A stretch of 64,000 nucleotides of DNA from Oscillospiraceae bacterium (GTDB lineage Bacteria > Bacillota > Clostridia > Oscillospirales > Oscillospiraceae). The notes below the pieces were generated by a model. That model made no database searches, was not told where the DNA came from, and saw only the letters and a list, made by a program, of their open reading frames with translations. The DNA lies in the NCBI GenBank assembly GCA_050253535.1, contig JBFWIW010000005.1, positions 837 to 64,836 of the forward strand. The letters run 5' to 3'. Shown here in pieces: positions 1 to 9,700 of the stretch. Position numbers and translations under genes: made by a program. The stretch's first letter is position 1. Every line of letters begins with the position of its first letter.

Positions 1-534
1 TGAGTGCTCTTCGAAAGTTCCGCACACGACGGCAAGATACTCCTTGACAGCACTGCCGTCCTTCAAGGCGCGGGAGGCCAGGTCTTTATAGTGGGCGTTT
101 TTCGCAAAGAGCACAACTCCGGAGGTGTCGCGGTCAAGCCGGTTCACGGCGTGACAGCACCCGTTACCTGTGCTTTTCATCAGATAACCGGCTGCGAGGT
201 TTGAGAGCGTTCCGGTATATTTTGCGCGCGAGGGGTGGACCAGCATGCCGCAGAGTTTGTTTACCGCGAGGAGCCCGCTGTTTTCAAAGAGTACTTCTAT
301 ATCGCCGTTCTCCGGCACAAGGTCGCTTGCCGGTTCGACTGCCGTTATATCGGCTGATATTTCATCTCCGGCTTTTAAAACGTAGTTGGTATAGACGCTC
401 TCGCCGTTTACCGTAATCGCTGAGCTTTGTTTCAGCCTGCGCACGAGCGAGGCGGAGAGCTTCATCTCCCGCCTTAAAACGCCTAGCAATATCCGCCCGT
501 CCTGAGATTCTTCCGTTTTGTGTGTAATGATCAT
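1..534 (-). CDS. RluA-family pseudouridine synthase, N-terminal 178 codons (C-terminus lies left of the window)
   Basis: Not in ORF track (no stop in window). My translation from ATG 534-532 gives MIITHKTEESQDGRILLGVLRREMKLS...AVNRLDRDTSGVVLFAKN: an S4-like N-terminus plus the RLDRDTSG catalytic-Asp motif. The ATG overlaps the murF stop (ATGA). Confidence 0.75.
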   Translation of the reverse strand, partial: MIITHKTEESQDGRILLGVLRREMKLSASLVRRLKQSSAITVNGESVYTNYVLKAGDEISADITAVEPASDLVPENGDIEVLFENSGLLAVNKLCGMLVHPSRAKYTGTLSNLAAGYLMKSTGNGCCHAVNRLDRDTSGVVLFAKNAHYKDLASRALKDGSAVKEYLAVVCGTFEEHS

Positions 535-1904
535 TTCAGTCTCTTGAGTTCTTCAACGATCTCTTCAAAATGCATCCCGTGGGAGGCTTTGACCAGGACG
601 GTGTCGCCCTTTCTAATGAGGGACGGGAGTACGGAATAGAGCGCTTCCTTCATTGGAAAGTGCCACGCCTCGTTTCTGTCGCCGCAGGATATCAGGCCCT
701 TGTAGTAAAACTCCGCCATGTTGCCGCAGCAGATGAGGCTGTCGATGTTCTTTCTTCCGATGAGGACGCCCATCTCACGGTGCAGCTCGCGCGAGTCGTG
801 ACCCAGCTCCATCATGTCGCCCAAAATTGCCACCCTGCGTCCGGAAAGCGACGCCAGTGATAGGATCGCGGCGGTGACCGAGTTGGGGTTTGCGTTATAG
901 CAGTCGTTTATTATCGTAATATAGCCGGTCTTCTGGACGTTCGATCGGCCTCCCACCGGCGCGTAATCGAGGATGCCCGTGCGAATGTCGTCCTCGGACA
1001 GTCCTAAGAGCCTGCCGACGGCGGCGGCGGAGAGCGCGGCGGAGACCAGGTGTGCGCCGAATGCGGGTATGAAGGCGGGGAAAGCATGAGACCCCTCGCA
1101 GATGCTGAACGATGTGCCGTCCAGCCCTTCGTTTTTCAGATTTTGGGCTCTGATATCGCAGTTGTCACCAAAACCGAATGTGACCTTTCTTGTGCCCGGA
1201 TTAAATCCTTTTAACAGCTCGTCATCCCCGTTCATGACGGCGAAGGAATCCGGGGACATGTAGCGGAACACCTCGCTCTTGGCGCGAAGCACACCCGCGA
1301 GGTCACCCAGGGTCTCAAGGTGGCAGTAACCGATGGTTGTCATAACGCAGACAGTGGGTCGCGCCATCTCGGCAAGGCGCGACATCTCGCCAAAATCGGA
1401 AATGCCCATTTCAACGACGGCGGCCTCGTGTTCTTCACGCAGAGAGAGAAGGGTGAGCGGTACGCCAATCTCGTTATTCAGGTTTTCCGCCGTTTTCAGC
1501 ACGCTGTATTTTTTTGAGAGGACGGCAGCGATCATCTCCTTGGCGCTCGTCTTTCCGACGCTGCCCGTTATCCCGATGACCGGAATGGAAAAAAGAGAAC
1601 GGTAGTATTCCGCCAGAGCGCGCAGAGCCGCAAGCGTATCGGAAACAAGGATATAGGGCTCCGCGGCCGGGGAGAGCGGCCTTTCCGACAGATTGGCTGC
1701 CGCGCCCGCTTCAATGGCGGAGGCGGCGAAGTCGTGCCCGTCCACGCGCGCGCCTCGTATGCAGAGAAAAAGGTTGCCTTCCTGCACATCGCGGTTGTCC
1801 CGCACAACGCCGGTTATTTGTTTATTTTTCTTATCCGCAGGTCCGACGTATGTGCCGCCGGTACAGCGCGCTATGTCGGCCAGGGAGAGTGGCTTCATTT
1901 TCAT
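531..1904 (-). CDS. murF: UDP-N-acetylmuramoyl-tripeptide--D-alanyl-D-alanine ligase
   Basis: 457-aa ORF with Mur-ligase P-loop GITGSVGKTS. Lies 13 nt downstream of ddl on the same strand. Confidence 0.9.
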   Translation of the reverse strand: MKMKPLSLADIARCTGGTYVGPADKKNKQITGVVRDNRDVQEGNLFLCIRGARVDGHDFAASAIEAGAAANLSERPLSPAAEPYILVSDTLAALRALAEYYRSLFSIPVIGITGSVGKTSAKEMIAAVLSKKYSVLKTAENLNNEIGVPLTLLSLREEHEAAVVEMGISDFGEMSRLAEMARPTVCVMTTIGYCHLETLGDLAGVLRAKSEVFRYMSPDSFAVMNGDDELLKGFNPGTRKVTFGFGDNCDIRAQNLKNEGLDGTSFSICEGSHAFPAFIPAFGAHLVSAALSAAAVGRLLGLSEDDIRTGILDYAPVGGRSNVQKTGYITIINDCYNANPNSVTAAILSLASLSGRRVAILGDMMELGHDSRELHREMGVLIGRKNIDSLICCGNMAEFYYKGLISCGDRNEAWHFPMKEALYSVLPSLIRKGDTVLVKASHGMHFEEIVEELKRLK

Positions 1905-1917
1905 GGTCAGTACTCCG

Positions 1918-2964
1918 TCACTCGTATTTTTTAAGGGACTCTTCTATTATTTTCGCACAGAGGTCCTCATAGGACATGCCGACGACGGCCGCTTCCTGTG
2001 GCAGAAGGCTCGTCGGGGTCATGCCGGGGAGGGTGTTAGCCTCAAGACAGTATACCCCGCCGTTTTCGGAGACGATAAAGTCCATACGGGCATAGACCTC
2101 GAGCATAAGCGCGGAGAAGACCTTTTCGGCCGTTCTCTGGAGGCTTCGGGTTATATCTTCCGGGAGGTCGGCCGGACAGTACTCGTCCGTAAGTCCGCTC
2201 TGATATTTGTTCTTGTAATCATAGAATCCGGATTTTGGGCATATCTCAATAACCGGCAGGGCCGCGCCCGCAATGACGCCGACGTCGCACTCCCGCCCCT
2301 TTATATATCTTTCGGCTATGGCGAAGTCCTCGTATTCGAAAGCCAGGCGCAGCGCCGTGAGATATTCCGTTTCGTTTTTTGCGATGGACGTGCCGATGGA
2401 CGAGCCGCCGGAGCGCGGCTTCACGACGCAGGGAAAACCCGGATTTTTGTAATTTCCGGAACGGCGGTTCACTATGACTGCCTCCGGAGTCTCGATCCCG
2501 TTCTGCATAAAAAGCTGCTTAGCCGCCCATTTGTCCATGGCGAGCGCGCTGCCGAGATAGCCGCAGCCCGTATACTTTATATCCATCACGTCGAATGCGG
2601 CCTGCAGTCTGCCGTCCTCGCCGTCCTCGCCGTGGAGCGCCATAAATACTATGTCGGCTGCGCGGCAGACCTCGAAAATATTGTTGCCTATCCGCGCGTT
2701 ATTGTCCTGCCTGCGGCTTTTTCTTATGGACTCAATATCAGGTACCGTCTCGCCGACTTTGGCCACGCTGTCGTCATAAGGTGCGGAGAAAATTTCGGCA
2801 GGGTTATTATATGTGCCGGTATAGCCGAAAAAAGCGTCTACGAGAACTGCGCGGTGGCCGAGTTTTCGAAGCGCCTTAGCAGCCATGGTGCCGCTAGTAA
2901 GGGAAACGTCGCGTTCGGCGGAGAGACCGCCGCAAAGTACGATTATGTTCATAACTGCCTCCAA
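1918..2964 (-). CDS. ddl: D-alanine--D-alanine ligase
   Basis: 348-aa ORF, N-terminus IIVLCGGLSAERDVSL and ATP-grasp body typical of Ddl. Forms a ddl-murF pair. Confidence 0.9.
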   Translation of the reverse strand: MEAVMNIIVLCGGLSAERDVSLTSGTMAAKALRKLGHRAVLVDAFFGYTGTYNNPAEIFSAPYDDSVAKVGETVPDIESIRKSRRQDNNARIGNNIFEVCRAADIVFMALHGEDGEDGRLQAAFDVMDIKYTGCGYLGSALAMDKWAAKQLFMQNGIETPEAVIVNRRSGNYKNPGFPCVVKPRSGGSSIGTSIAKNETEYLTALRLAFEYEDFAIAERYIKGRECDVGVIAGAALPVIEICPKSGFYDYKNKYQSGLTDEYCPADLPEDITRSLQRTAEKVFSALMLEVYARMDFIVSENGGVYCLEANTLPGMTPTSLLPQEAAVVGMSYEDLCAKIIEESLKKYE

Positions 2965-3065
2965 GAAATGCCTATAAAGCTTATAAAATTATATACCGTT
3001 TGCCTGACCTAGGCAACATACAATATTATAATTGAATCATCCTGCGAACTATAACGAAAAGCGGC

Positions 3066-3962
3066 TCAGATGCCGTTTTTTTTAACCGACAGTATAAAAA
3101 TTGTCGAAATAATCATTACGAAACCGAGTATGTCAATAGCGCCGAGCGGTGTCCCCAGCCAGAAAATGGACAATATGGTGGACACGACGGGCTCGTCGGT
3201 GGACAGTATACTTGCCCTTGCCGAGCCTATGTATTTGACTGCCTGCATATAAAAAGCAAAGGCAAGAACGGTGCCGGGTATGACTATGCCGGCAAGTGCC
3301 AGGACCGACCAGATATCCCATATGCCGGTCAAGTGCCACGGCCTGAAAATAAGGCAGAGGGTGACGCCCCCGATGAGCATGCCCCAGCCGGTTATGGAAA
3401 GTGAGGCGTGCTTTTCCAACAGCCTGTGCGGCTGAATGCTGTAAAAACAGAAGGAAACGGCCGCGACAAAGCACCAGAAGAGTGCTTTGCCGGAGATGAC
3501 GAGAGTATCGAAACTACCGTGTGTCGCGCATAAAAACACGCCGAAAACGGCGAGAAGCGCAGATATCAGTTCACGGCGGCTTGGCATATGGCGGTGTCTT
3601 ACCGAGATGTAGGCGACAATCAACACCGGGGCCGTATATTCGAGAACAGTCGCCGTCGCGGCGTTTGAGAATCCGATGGCGGTGAAGTATCCATACTGGC
3701 AGAGCGCGGTGCCCAGAATACCGAAGAGGCTAATATCCGCGGCGTCACGTTTTTTGCGCCATACATCAAACACAGCCGTACCGGACTTAATAAACGATAC
3801 GATAAGGATAATAAGTCCCGCCGAAATAAGCCTAACCGGCACGAGCCAATTTGAGGTGAGATTCCTGTTTTCAAACAAAAACTGGCCGCAGAGACCGGAA
3901 AATGCCCAAAAAGCTCCGGCTGTGACGGCCAGTACATACCCAATATTTTTACTTTTTTCCAT
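3066..3962 (-). CDS. EamA/DMT-family membrane transporter
   Basis: Track ORF 3066..4010 trimmed to ATG 3962 (MEKSKNIGYVLAVTAG...). Hydrophobic helices throughout, with the two-halves architecture of EamA transporters. Confidence 0.75.
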   Translation of the reverse strand: MEKSKNIGYVLAVTAGAFWAFSGLCGQFLFENRNLTSNWLVPVRLISAGLIILIVSFIKSGTAVFDVWRKKRDAADISLFGILGTALCQYGYFTAIGFSNAATATVLEYTAPVLIVAYISVRHRHMPSRRELISALLAVFGVFLCATHGSFDTLVISGKALFWCFVAAVSFCFYSIQPHRLLEKHASLSITGWGMLIGGVTLCLIFRPWHLTGIWDIWSVLALAGIVIPGTVLAFAFYMQAVKYIGSARASILSTDEPVVSTILSIFWLGTPLGAIDILGFVMIISTIFILSVKKNGI

Positions 3963-4040
3963 AGAGATCCCTCTTTTACTACCCGTGATACAGAGCGAAC
4001 TATAGCACAATGTTGTAAGTTTTGAAAGAGGAATTTTAAC

Positions 4041-4610
4041 TTAAACTTCATAATCAGGCAGTGTCAGTATCCGGCTGCCCATTTTTACCGCTTCCTCACG
4101 GGAGTGTGAGGTCATTATTATCTGAGTATTCCGGGAGAGTATCCTTGGTATGATCCTGTCCATAAGCCCGGGGTCCAGCCCTTTCATCGGCTCGTCAAGG
4201 AGCAGGAGGTCGCCGCCGTATACCAGCGCCCGGGCGAGCGCGACTCTTCTGCACTGGCCGCCGGAGAGGTTTCGCGGGAGACTGTCGGCATCTTCCGAAA
4301 GTTCCATTTCAGCAAGTACGGCAGAAGCCTCGTCTTTGCGCGAAGGCGGAAGGACAGCGGCAACGTTCTCCTCCGCCGTCAGCCAGGGGATCAGCCGGTC
4401 TTCCTGGAACATATACGCTATTCGTGAGGCATCTTCCATTATTGAACCGCCGTCAGGCCGTATGAGACCCGCGATCAGCCTAAGGAGCGTAGTTTTCCCG
4501 GCGCCGGAGGGGGCCTCAATGCATGTGACCGGTGCGTCAATATCGCACGTAAAGCCGTCGAATATCCGTTTTTCGCCGTATGAAAAGGTGAGATTAAGGA
4601 TCTTTACCAA
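4041..4610 (-). CDS. ABC transporter ATP-binding protein (short, single NBD)
   Basis: Walker A APSGAGKTT, signature LSGGQCRR, Walker B LLLLDEP. Overlaps the permease stop by 7 nt. Confidence 0.85.
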   Translation of the reverse strand: MVKILNLTFSYGEKRIFDGFTCDIDAPVTCIEAPSGAGKTTLLRLIAGLIRPDGGSIMEDASRIAYMFQEDRLIPWLTAEENVAAVLPPSRKDEASAVLAEMELSEDADSLPRNLSGGQCRRVALARALVYGGDLLLLDEPMKGLDPGLMDRIIPRILSRNTQIIMTSHSREEAVKMGSRILTLPDYEV

Positions 4611-5374
4611 GTCTTCACGCTCCTTTTCATGAGCTTTTCAAATACTTTCTCAAGGATAAAACTGAATATTATAACCACCGCCGTCCAAGCGAAGAGGGAG
4701 GGGGTCTCCAGATATATTTTAGAATAATATAGCTGCGTCCCCATGGCGCTTTTAGGGAGACACAGTACCTCCGCCGCAATACCCGCCTTCCAGGAAAGGC
4801 CCAGGGCTGTTACGCAGGCGGCGTTCCAGTGCGGAAAAATAGAGGGTATGTAGATGAGTCTGAGCTTTTTGGATGGGTCGAAGCCGTACATTGACGCCAT
4901 CTCCAAAAGATCCCCGTCCGTACTCTTTATGCCCGCTGATGTGTTTCCCCATACGACGGGTGTAACCATGAGCATGGCTGCAAATCCAGGGACATTTGAC
5001 TTTCCTATCCATAAAAGAGCGAGAATTATGAACGAGGCCACGGGCGTCGCGCGCACTATCCGTAAAATTGGGGATAGCAGAGTATCGGCCATCCTGCTCC
5101 ACGAGGTGAGTGGGGCGAGTAGGGTGCCAAGCAGAACACCGGCAAAGAAACCTGTCAGGATACGCAGAAGAGAGAGGCCGGCAGCAATCCAGAAGGACGC
5201 GTCCGTGGAAAGTGTGACAAGGACACTTAAAACTGTCGTAGGGGCAGGAAGAATAAGTTCCTGCCCCACTTTAAGAGCTGCAAGTTCCCAGACGGCTATC
5301 CAAAAGACGGCAGCCGCAAGGAGACGCAGATATTTAGTTATTTTCTTTTTATCTGTCGTAGTAGAAGTCGTCAC
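4604..5374 (-). CDS. ABC transporter permease (nitrate/sulfonate/taurine-type)
   Basis: 256-aa polytopic membrane ORF between the binding-protein and ATPase genes, overlapping both. Family assigned by resemblance only. Confidence 0.75.
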   Translation of the reverse strand: MTTSTTTDKKKITKYLRLLAAAVFWIAVWELAALKVGQELILPAPTTVLSVLVTLSTDASFWIAAGLSLLRILTGFFAGVLLGTLLAPLTSWSRMADTLLSPILRIVRATPVASFIILALLWIGKSNVPGFAAMLMVTPVVWGNTSAGIKSTDGDLLEMASMYGFDPSKKLRLIYIPSIFPHWNAACVTALGLSWKAGIAAEVLCLPKSAMGTQLYYSKIYLETPSLFAWTAVVIIFSFILEKVFEKLMKRSVKTW

Positions 5375-6443
5375 CGGGTAAAGAGCCTCCTATCGAGTTC
5401 GGAGCGGCGGCTAAGAGAACGTTAAAGTATTCGGCCAGATATGATTTCATCGTTTCGGCGCCGGATACGAAGACGATATTGCAGTCGGGGATGGCGGCCT
5501 TGGCTATGGCCTCCGAACCGACTATCTCGAATTTTACAGCAAGGGCGGCCGCCGCGTCAAGATTGGCGGCGTCATTTGTATAATTTATGGATTCTTCGTA
5601 TTCGTCCAGAAACGCGTTCAAAGCGGCCTCGTCGACCTTGTCGGAGCGGAAGACGATGCAGCCCTGTGTCAGGACGCTGCCGTCGGCGCTTATGGCGTCC
5701 CACTCGTCGGTCAGGTCAAGGGCTTTGCGAACCTCGGTATTTTTCATGAGAACGGTCGTCACGGCGGGGACGGGGAGCATGCAGATATCGAGGTTACCGG
5801 CGGCCATCTGGGTCGTCAGTTCGTCGCTCGCCATATATTCTATGGTGACGTCTTTGCCGGGCTCAAGGCCGTTTTTTGTGAGGATATAATTGAGGACATA
5901 TTCGGGGTTTGAGCCCTGCCCGGTTGCGTATATCGTCTTCCCCGCGAGGTCGGACACGGATTTTATGCTGTCGCCTTTTTCTAGTATATATAGGACGCCG
6001 AGGGTGTTTATTGCGGCAATCTTTACGTTTCCGCCCGTCTTGTTATAGAGAGCGGCGGCTACGTTGGTGGGAACGGCGGCAATGTCGAGCGAGCCGGAGA
6101 CAAGAGCACTCACAATGTTTGTGGGGTCGGACTCCATGGTGAAATTATATGCGATGGGATATACGCCGGAATTTGCCTGATCCATGAAATATGCCGCTCC
6201 GATTCCGGTCGGGCCTTTGAGGAAGCCCACGTTCAGCGAGACGCCGGAAAAGTCGGGCGTTTCAGTTTCGGTATCAGCATTGGTATCGGTAATTGTCTGC
6301 TGTTCGGAAGCGGTGCTGCCGGTGGAGGACGTATCGGTGTTGCCGGTACTGTCGGTATTGCCGGAGCATCCAGCGAGTGCAAATACAATCATTAGTGCGA
6401 GGATGAGTGAGATAAATCTTTTCAATTCAGGTTCTCCTTTCAA
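5349..6443 (-). CDS. ABC transporter substrate-binding lipoprotein (NMT1/SsuA-like)
   Basis: Signal peptide with lipobox LAGCSG, a Thr/Ser/Asp-rich linker, then a periplasmic-binding-protein-like body. Substrate not inferable. Confidence 0.7.
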   Translation of the reverse strand: MKGEPELKRFISLILALMIVFALAGCSGNTDSTGNTDTSSTGSTASEQQTITDTNADTETETPDFSGVSLNVGFLKGPTGIGAAYFMDQANSGVYPIAYNFTMESDPTNIVSALVSGSLDIAAVPTNVAAALYNKTGGNVKIAAINTLGVLYILEKGDSIKSVSDLAGKTIYATGQGSNPEYVLNYILTKNGLEPGKDVTIEYMASDELTTQMAAGNLDICMLPVPAVTTVLMKNTEVRKALDLTDEWDAISADGSVLTQGCIVFRSDKVDEAALNAFLDEYEESINYTNDAANLDAAAALAVKFEIVGSEAIAKAAIPDCNIVFVSGAETMKSYLAEYFNVLLAAAPNSIGGSLPGDDFYYDR

Positions 6444-6469
6444 TTTGCGGTGCGTTATGCTTGTCTTTA

Positions 6470-7159
6470 TCAGAAGCCCGCGAGCCCATTTAGGTCCAAT
6501 ATCTCGATTTCTTTACCGTTTTTATGTATGAGACCGGCCCTTTCCATGGCGCAAAACGAGCGATAAAGTGATGCTCTGCCTATATTCAGCATGTCGGCCA
6601 TGCCGGAAATACTGCCCGGGACGAGGACTGTGAATCTTCCATTTTCTTCTGAGGCGTTTGCGATGAGATAGTGAGCTACTGTCTGCCCGGTGCCGGCGAT
6701 TATGAGCGTCTCTATTTTTTGGTTCAGAAAATGTATCCTGCCCGACAGGAAACGCATGTAATTCTCCGCGACCACGAAATCTTCCCTCATGACGCGCTCC
6801 AGAAGCTGCTGAGGAATGAATACGATTCGGCAAAGGGAAGAGGCCCTGAGCGAAGTGACATAGTCCGGTTCGTCTGAAAATACGGCGGCGACGCCGAAGA
6901 CGCTGCCCGCGGAAAGGGTGTTCATGACATAGCGGCGGCCGCCGCTGTCCTTTGTCACCGCGATACCACCAGTGAGGACAAAGCCGATGCTGCGGCGAAA
7001 ATCGCTGATATCGAAAATGACGTCGCCCTTTTTAAATACGGCAAGCTCGCACATGTCATCCTTAACGAGGCGCATTATCGTATCCATACCCACGTCTTTG
7101 AACAGAAAACATGAGGAGAGACACTCTATATCCTGTTTTTTTAACTTGGCTATATCCAT
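6470..7159 (-). CDS. Crp/Fnr-family transcriptional regulator
   Basis: cNMP-binding-like N-domain and C-terminal HTH (MADMLNIGRASLYRSFCAMERAGLI). Track start 7192 has no SD; ATG 7159 is preceded by GAGG at 6-nt spacing. Confidence 0.8.
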   Translation of the reverse strand: MDIAKLKKQDIECLSSCFLFKDVGMDTIMRLVKDDMCELAVFKKGDVIFDISDFRRSIGFVLTGGIAVTKDSGGRRYVMNTLSAGSVFGVAAVFSDEPDYVTSLRASSLCRIVFIPQQLLERVMREDFVVAENYMRFLSGRIHFLNQKIETLIIAGTGQTVAHYLIANASEENGRFTVLVPGSISGMADMLNIGRASLYRSFCAMERAGLIHKNGKEIEILDLNGLAGF

Positions 7160-7313
7160 AACGAACCTCGTATATTGTCTCATTTGAGACATCTCGGTGG
7201 AATATTATACCGTTACCGTACATTTGTCAAGCGTATTTTGCATAATACAGGGGAGAATAACGGCATGGCGCACTGAACATTTAAAACCCGTGTACCGAAA
7301 AACGAAAAAACGC

Positions 7314-7342
7314 TTGCATTATGCCCCTTGTAATGGTATAAT
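7314..7342 (+). promoter_or_regulatory. Sigma-A type promoter of the rimP-nusA-infB operon
   Basis: TTGCAT (7314-7319), 17-nt spacer, TATAAT (7337-7342), with TG two nt upstream of the -10. Confidence 0.7.
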
Positions 7343-7370
7343 TCCAACGTTAGACGTAAGTTGTTGACGT

Positions 7371-7397
7371 GAGTGGGCCAAACCCACTCTTTTTATT
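7371..7397 (+). terminator. Leader intrinsic terminator/attenuator upstream of rimP
   Basis: GAGTGGG-ccaaa-CCCACTC stem-loop followed by TTTTTATT. Sits between the promoter and the rimP start codon. Confidence 0.6.
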
Positions 7398-7444
7398 GCA
7401 CTAAATCGGACGGTTAATTTTTATCCGGCGGGAGAAAGAGGAAC

Positions 7445-7903
7445 ATGAGTAAGATTACCGATACCGTTTGGACCCTAGCTGAGCCCGTTGCCAAGGCGGA
7501 AGGCTGCGAGGTCTGGGACGTTGAATATGTCAAGGAAGCTGGAGGCTGGTACCTCCGCGTATATATCGACAGAGAGGCCGGCGTGTCTATAGACCAGTGT
7601 GAAAAAGTCAGCCGTGCGCTCGACCCAATTTTGGATGAAAAAGACCCTATCCCGGGCTCGTACACATTCGAGGTATCTTCGGCAGGGGCGGAGCGGGCGC
7701 TCAGGCGTCCGTCGGATTTTACGCGGTTCATGGGGGCTTATATTGAGGTGAAGCTCTATAAAGCCAAGTACGACCGTAAGGAGCATTTGGGATATCTGTT
7801 TTCTTATGACGACGGCGCCGTCGAGATAAAGACCAAGAGCGCCGGCGAGTTATTGAGATTTGAAAAAAACGAAGTCGCCAATGTCAGGCTTCGTATAGAA
7901 TAG
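7445..7903 (+). CDS. rimP: Ribosome maturation factor RimP
   Basis: 152-aa ORF immediately upstream of nusA. SD GAGAAAGAGG precedes the ATG. Confidence 0.85.
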   Translation: MSKITDTVWTLAEPVAKAEGCEVWDVEYVKEAGGWYLRVYIDREAGVSIDQCEKVSRALDPILDEKDPIPGSYTFEVSSAGAERALRRPSDFTRFMGAYIEVKLYKAKYDRKEHLGYLFSYDDGAVEIKTKSAGELLRFEKNEVANVRLRIE

Positions 7904-7919
7904 ATTTGGAGGGCTTTTG

Positions 7920-8972
7920 ATGAACGCCGAGTTTTTTGCAGCGATAGCGGATATCGAGAAGGAGAAGGGCATACCCCAGGAATATATGCTTGAAAAGATA
8001 AATCAGGCGCTTTTGACGGCTCTAAAAAAAGATAATCCGGCGGAGGCTGAGAACGTAAGGGTAGACATAGACGCGGCCAAAAAAAAGATAGATATGTACA
8101 TCGTCAAGACGGTTTCCGAAGAGGTCGAGGAGCCCTCCTCCCAGATGTGTCTTGATGAGGCGAAAAACTATAATCCAAAAGCCGAAATAGGAATGGTAAT
8201 CCATATCCCGGTTGAGACGAAAAAGTTCGGCAGGATAGCCGCACAGGCGGCAAAGCAGGTAATCATCCAGGGAATCAGAGAGGCCGAGCGCAGCATAGTA
8301 TACGAGGAGTTCACATCAAAGGAGCATGAGATACTCACTGGTGTTGTCTCCAGAGTGGAGCCGAGAAACGGCAGCGTATCGATAAAGATAAACTCCAACT
8401 CAGAGTTTACTGAGGCCATGCTCTCCGCTGGAGAGAGGGTCCCGGGAGAGGCTCTTAAAGAGGGAGACAGAATAAAGGTCTATGTCGTTGAGGTCAGAAA
8501 GGCGACGAGTGGTCCTCAGGTGCTGATCTCCCGCACACACCCGGGCCTTGTCAAAAGACTTTTTGAGCTGGAAGTACCTGAGATATTCGACGGTGTTGTG
8601 GAGATTAAGAGCATAGCGCGCGAGGCAGGAAGCCGCACTAAGATAGCGGTCATGTCCAACGACCCCGCCGTCGAGCCAATCGGCGCGTGCGTCGGTCCAA
8701 AGGGCGGCAGAGTCACCGCCATCGTAGACGAGCTGCGCGGAGAGAAGATAGATATAGTGAAGTACAGCGATACGCCTGAGGAGTTCGTGGCAGCGGCGCT
8801 CGCTCCATCGGATGTCATACGCGTAGAGCTTTTGGGGGAGGGCAAGAGCTGTCAGGCTGTAGTGCCGGATACCCAGCTCTCGCTCGCAATAGGCAAGGAG
8901 GGGCAGAATGTCCGCCTTGCGGCGCGTCTAACGGGCTATAAGATCGACATAAAGCCCGAGAGCGCGGTCTGA
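7920..8972 (+). CDS. nusA: Transcription termination/antitermination factor NusA
   Basis: About 350-aa ORF with S1 and KH regions (GACVGPKGGRV, LAIGKEGQNVRLAARLTG). ATG 7920 lies 6 nt after GGAGGG. Confidence 0.92.
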   Translation: MNAEFFAAIADIEKEKGIPQEYMLEKINQALLTALKKDNPAEAENVRVDIDAAKKKIDMYIVKTVSEEVEEPSSQMCLDEAKNYNPKAEIGMVIHIPVETKKFGRIAAQAAKQVIIQGIREAERSIVYEEFTSKEHEILTGVVSRVEPRNGSVSIKINSNSEFTEAMLSAGERVPGEALKEGDRIKVYVVEVRKATSGPQVLISRTHPGLVKRLFELEVPEIFDGVVEIKSIAREAGSRTKIAVMSNDPAVEPIGACVGPKGGRVTAIVDELRGEKIDIVKYSDTPEEFVAAALAPSDVIRVELLGEGKSCQAVVPDTQLSLAIGKEGQNVRLAARLTGYKIDIKPESAV

Positions 8973-9003
8973 CAGAATTCACTAAATAAAGGAGGCGGCG
9001 GTC

Positions 9004-9279
9004 GTGATACAAAAAAAGATACCCATGCGGCAGTGTACAGGCTGCCGCGAGATGAAACCCAAGCGCGATCTCATCCGAGTAGTACGGTCGCCGGAGGGTA
9101 TGGTTTGCATTGATTTTAAGGGCAAAAAGCCCGGCAGAGGAGCTTATGTATGCCGAGATACGGCCTGTCTTAAAAAGGCCGTTAAGACGAAAGCTCTGGA
9201 GCGCGCTTTCGGAACGCCGATACCCGAGGAAATATACGGGGATCTCATGCGGCAGATGGAGGTCGGGGATGATGAGTGA
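9004..9279 (+). CDS. ylxR: YlxR/RnpM-family RNA-binding protein (DUF448)
   Basis: 91-aa ORF with the RQCTGCREMKPKRDLIR motif, in the conserved position after nusA. GTG start 8 nt after AGGAGG. Confidence 0.85.
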   Translation: MIQKKIPMRQCTGCREMKPKRDLIRVVRSPEGMVCIDFKGKKPGRGAYVCRDTACLKKAVKTKALERAFGTPIPEEIYGDLMRQMEVGDDE

Positions 9280-9700
9280 ACTTGGAATCCTCGGAATTGC
9301 GCGAAAAGCGAGACGGCTGGAGGTAGGCGATGAGCTCACAGGCGCTGCGGCCAGAGCAAAAAAAGCAAAGGTAATACTGGTGGCGGCGGACGCTTCGGAA
9401 AATACCGCAGAGCGGGCGGGAAATTTTGCCTCTGCGGGCGGGGTACCTTTAATTGTTCTGCCTTATACGAAACACGAACTGGGACTTGAGGTTGGAAAAG
9501 GTGATGCGGCCTTACTGGCCATAACTGACTCAGGACTCGCGGCGAGCTTTGTTTCAAAGCTTGCTGGTGCCGACGGAGCGAGGTACGCGGAAACAGCCTT
9601 TCTTTTAAGCGAAAAGGCTCAGAAAATGCAGAAACGGAAGAAAGAGGCGGCCTTGCACGCGAAAAATTCAGGGCTGGGCAAGAGGAGGAAGAATATATGA
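9269..9700 (+). CDS. L7Ae/YlxQ-family RNA-binding protein with Lys/Arg-rich C-terminal extension
   Basis: Track ORF 9110..9700 trimmed to ATG 9269 (MMSELGILGIARKARRLEVGDEL...). In the conserved ylxQ position; its stop overlaps the infB ATG (ATGA). Confidence 0.7.
   Translation: MMSELGILGIARKARRLEVGDELTGAAARAKKAKVILVAADASENTAERAGNFASAGGVPLIVLPYTKHELGLEVGKGDAALLAITDSGLAASFVSKLAGADGARYAETAFLLSEKAQKMQKRKKEAALHAKNSGLGKRRKNI

Noticed and set aside
1693-3012. 439-aa plus-strand ORF spanning the murF-ddl junction
   Set aside because: Lies antisense to two well-supported genes and crosses their intergenic gap. No SD, and low-complexity Arg/Ala-rich translation typical of antisense frames in GC-rich coding DNA.
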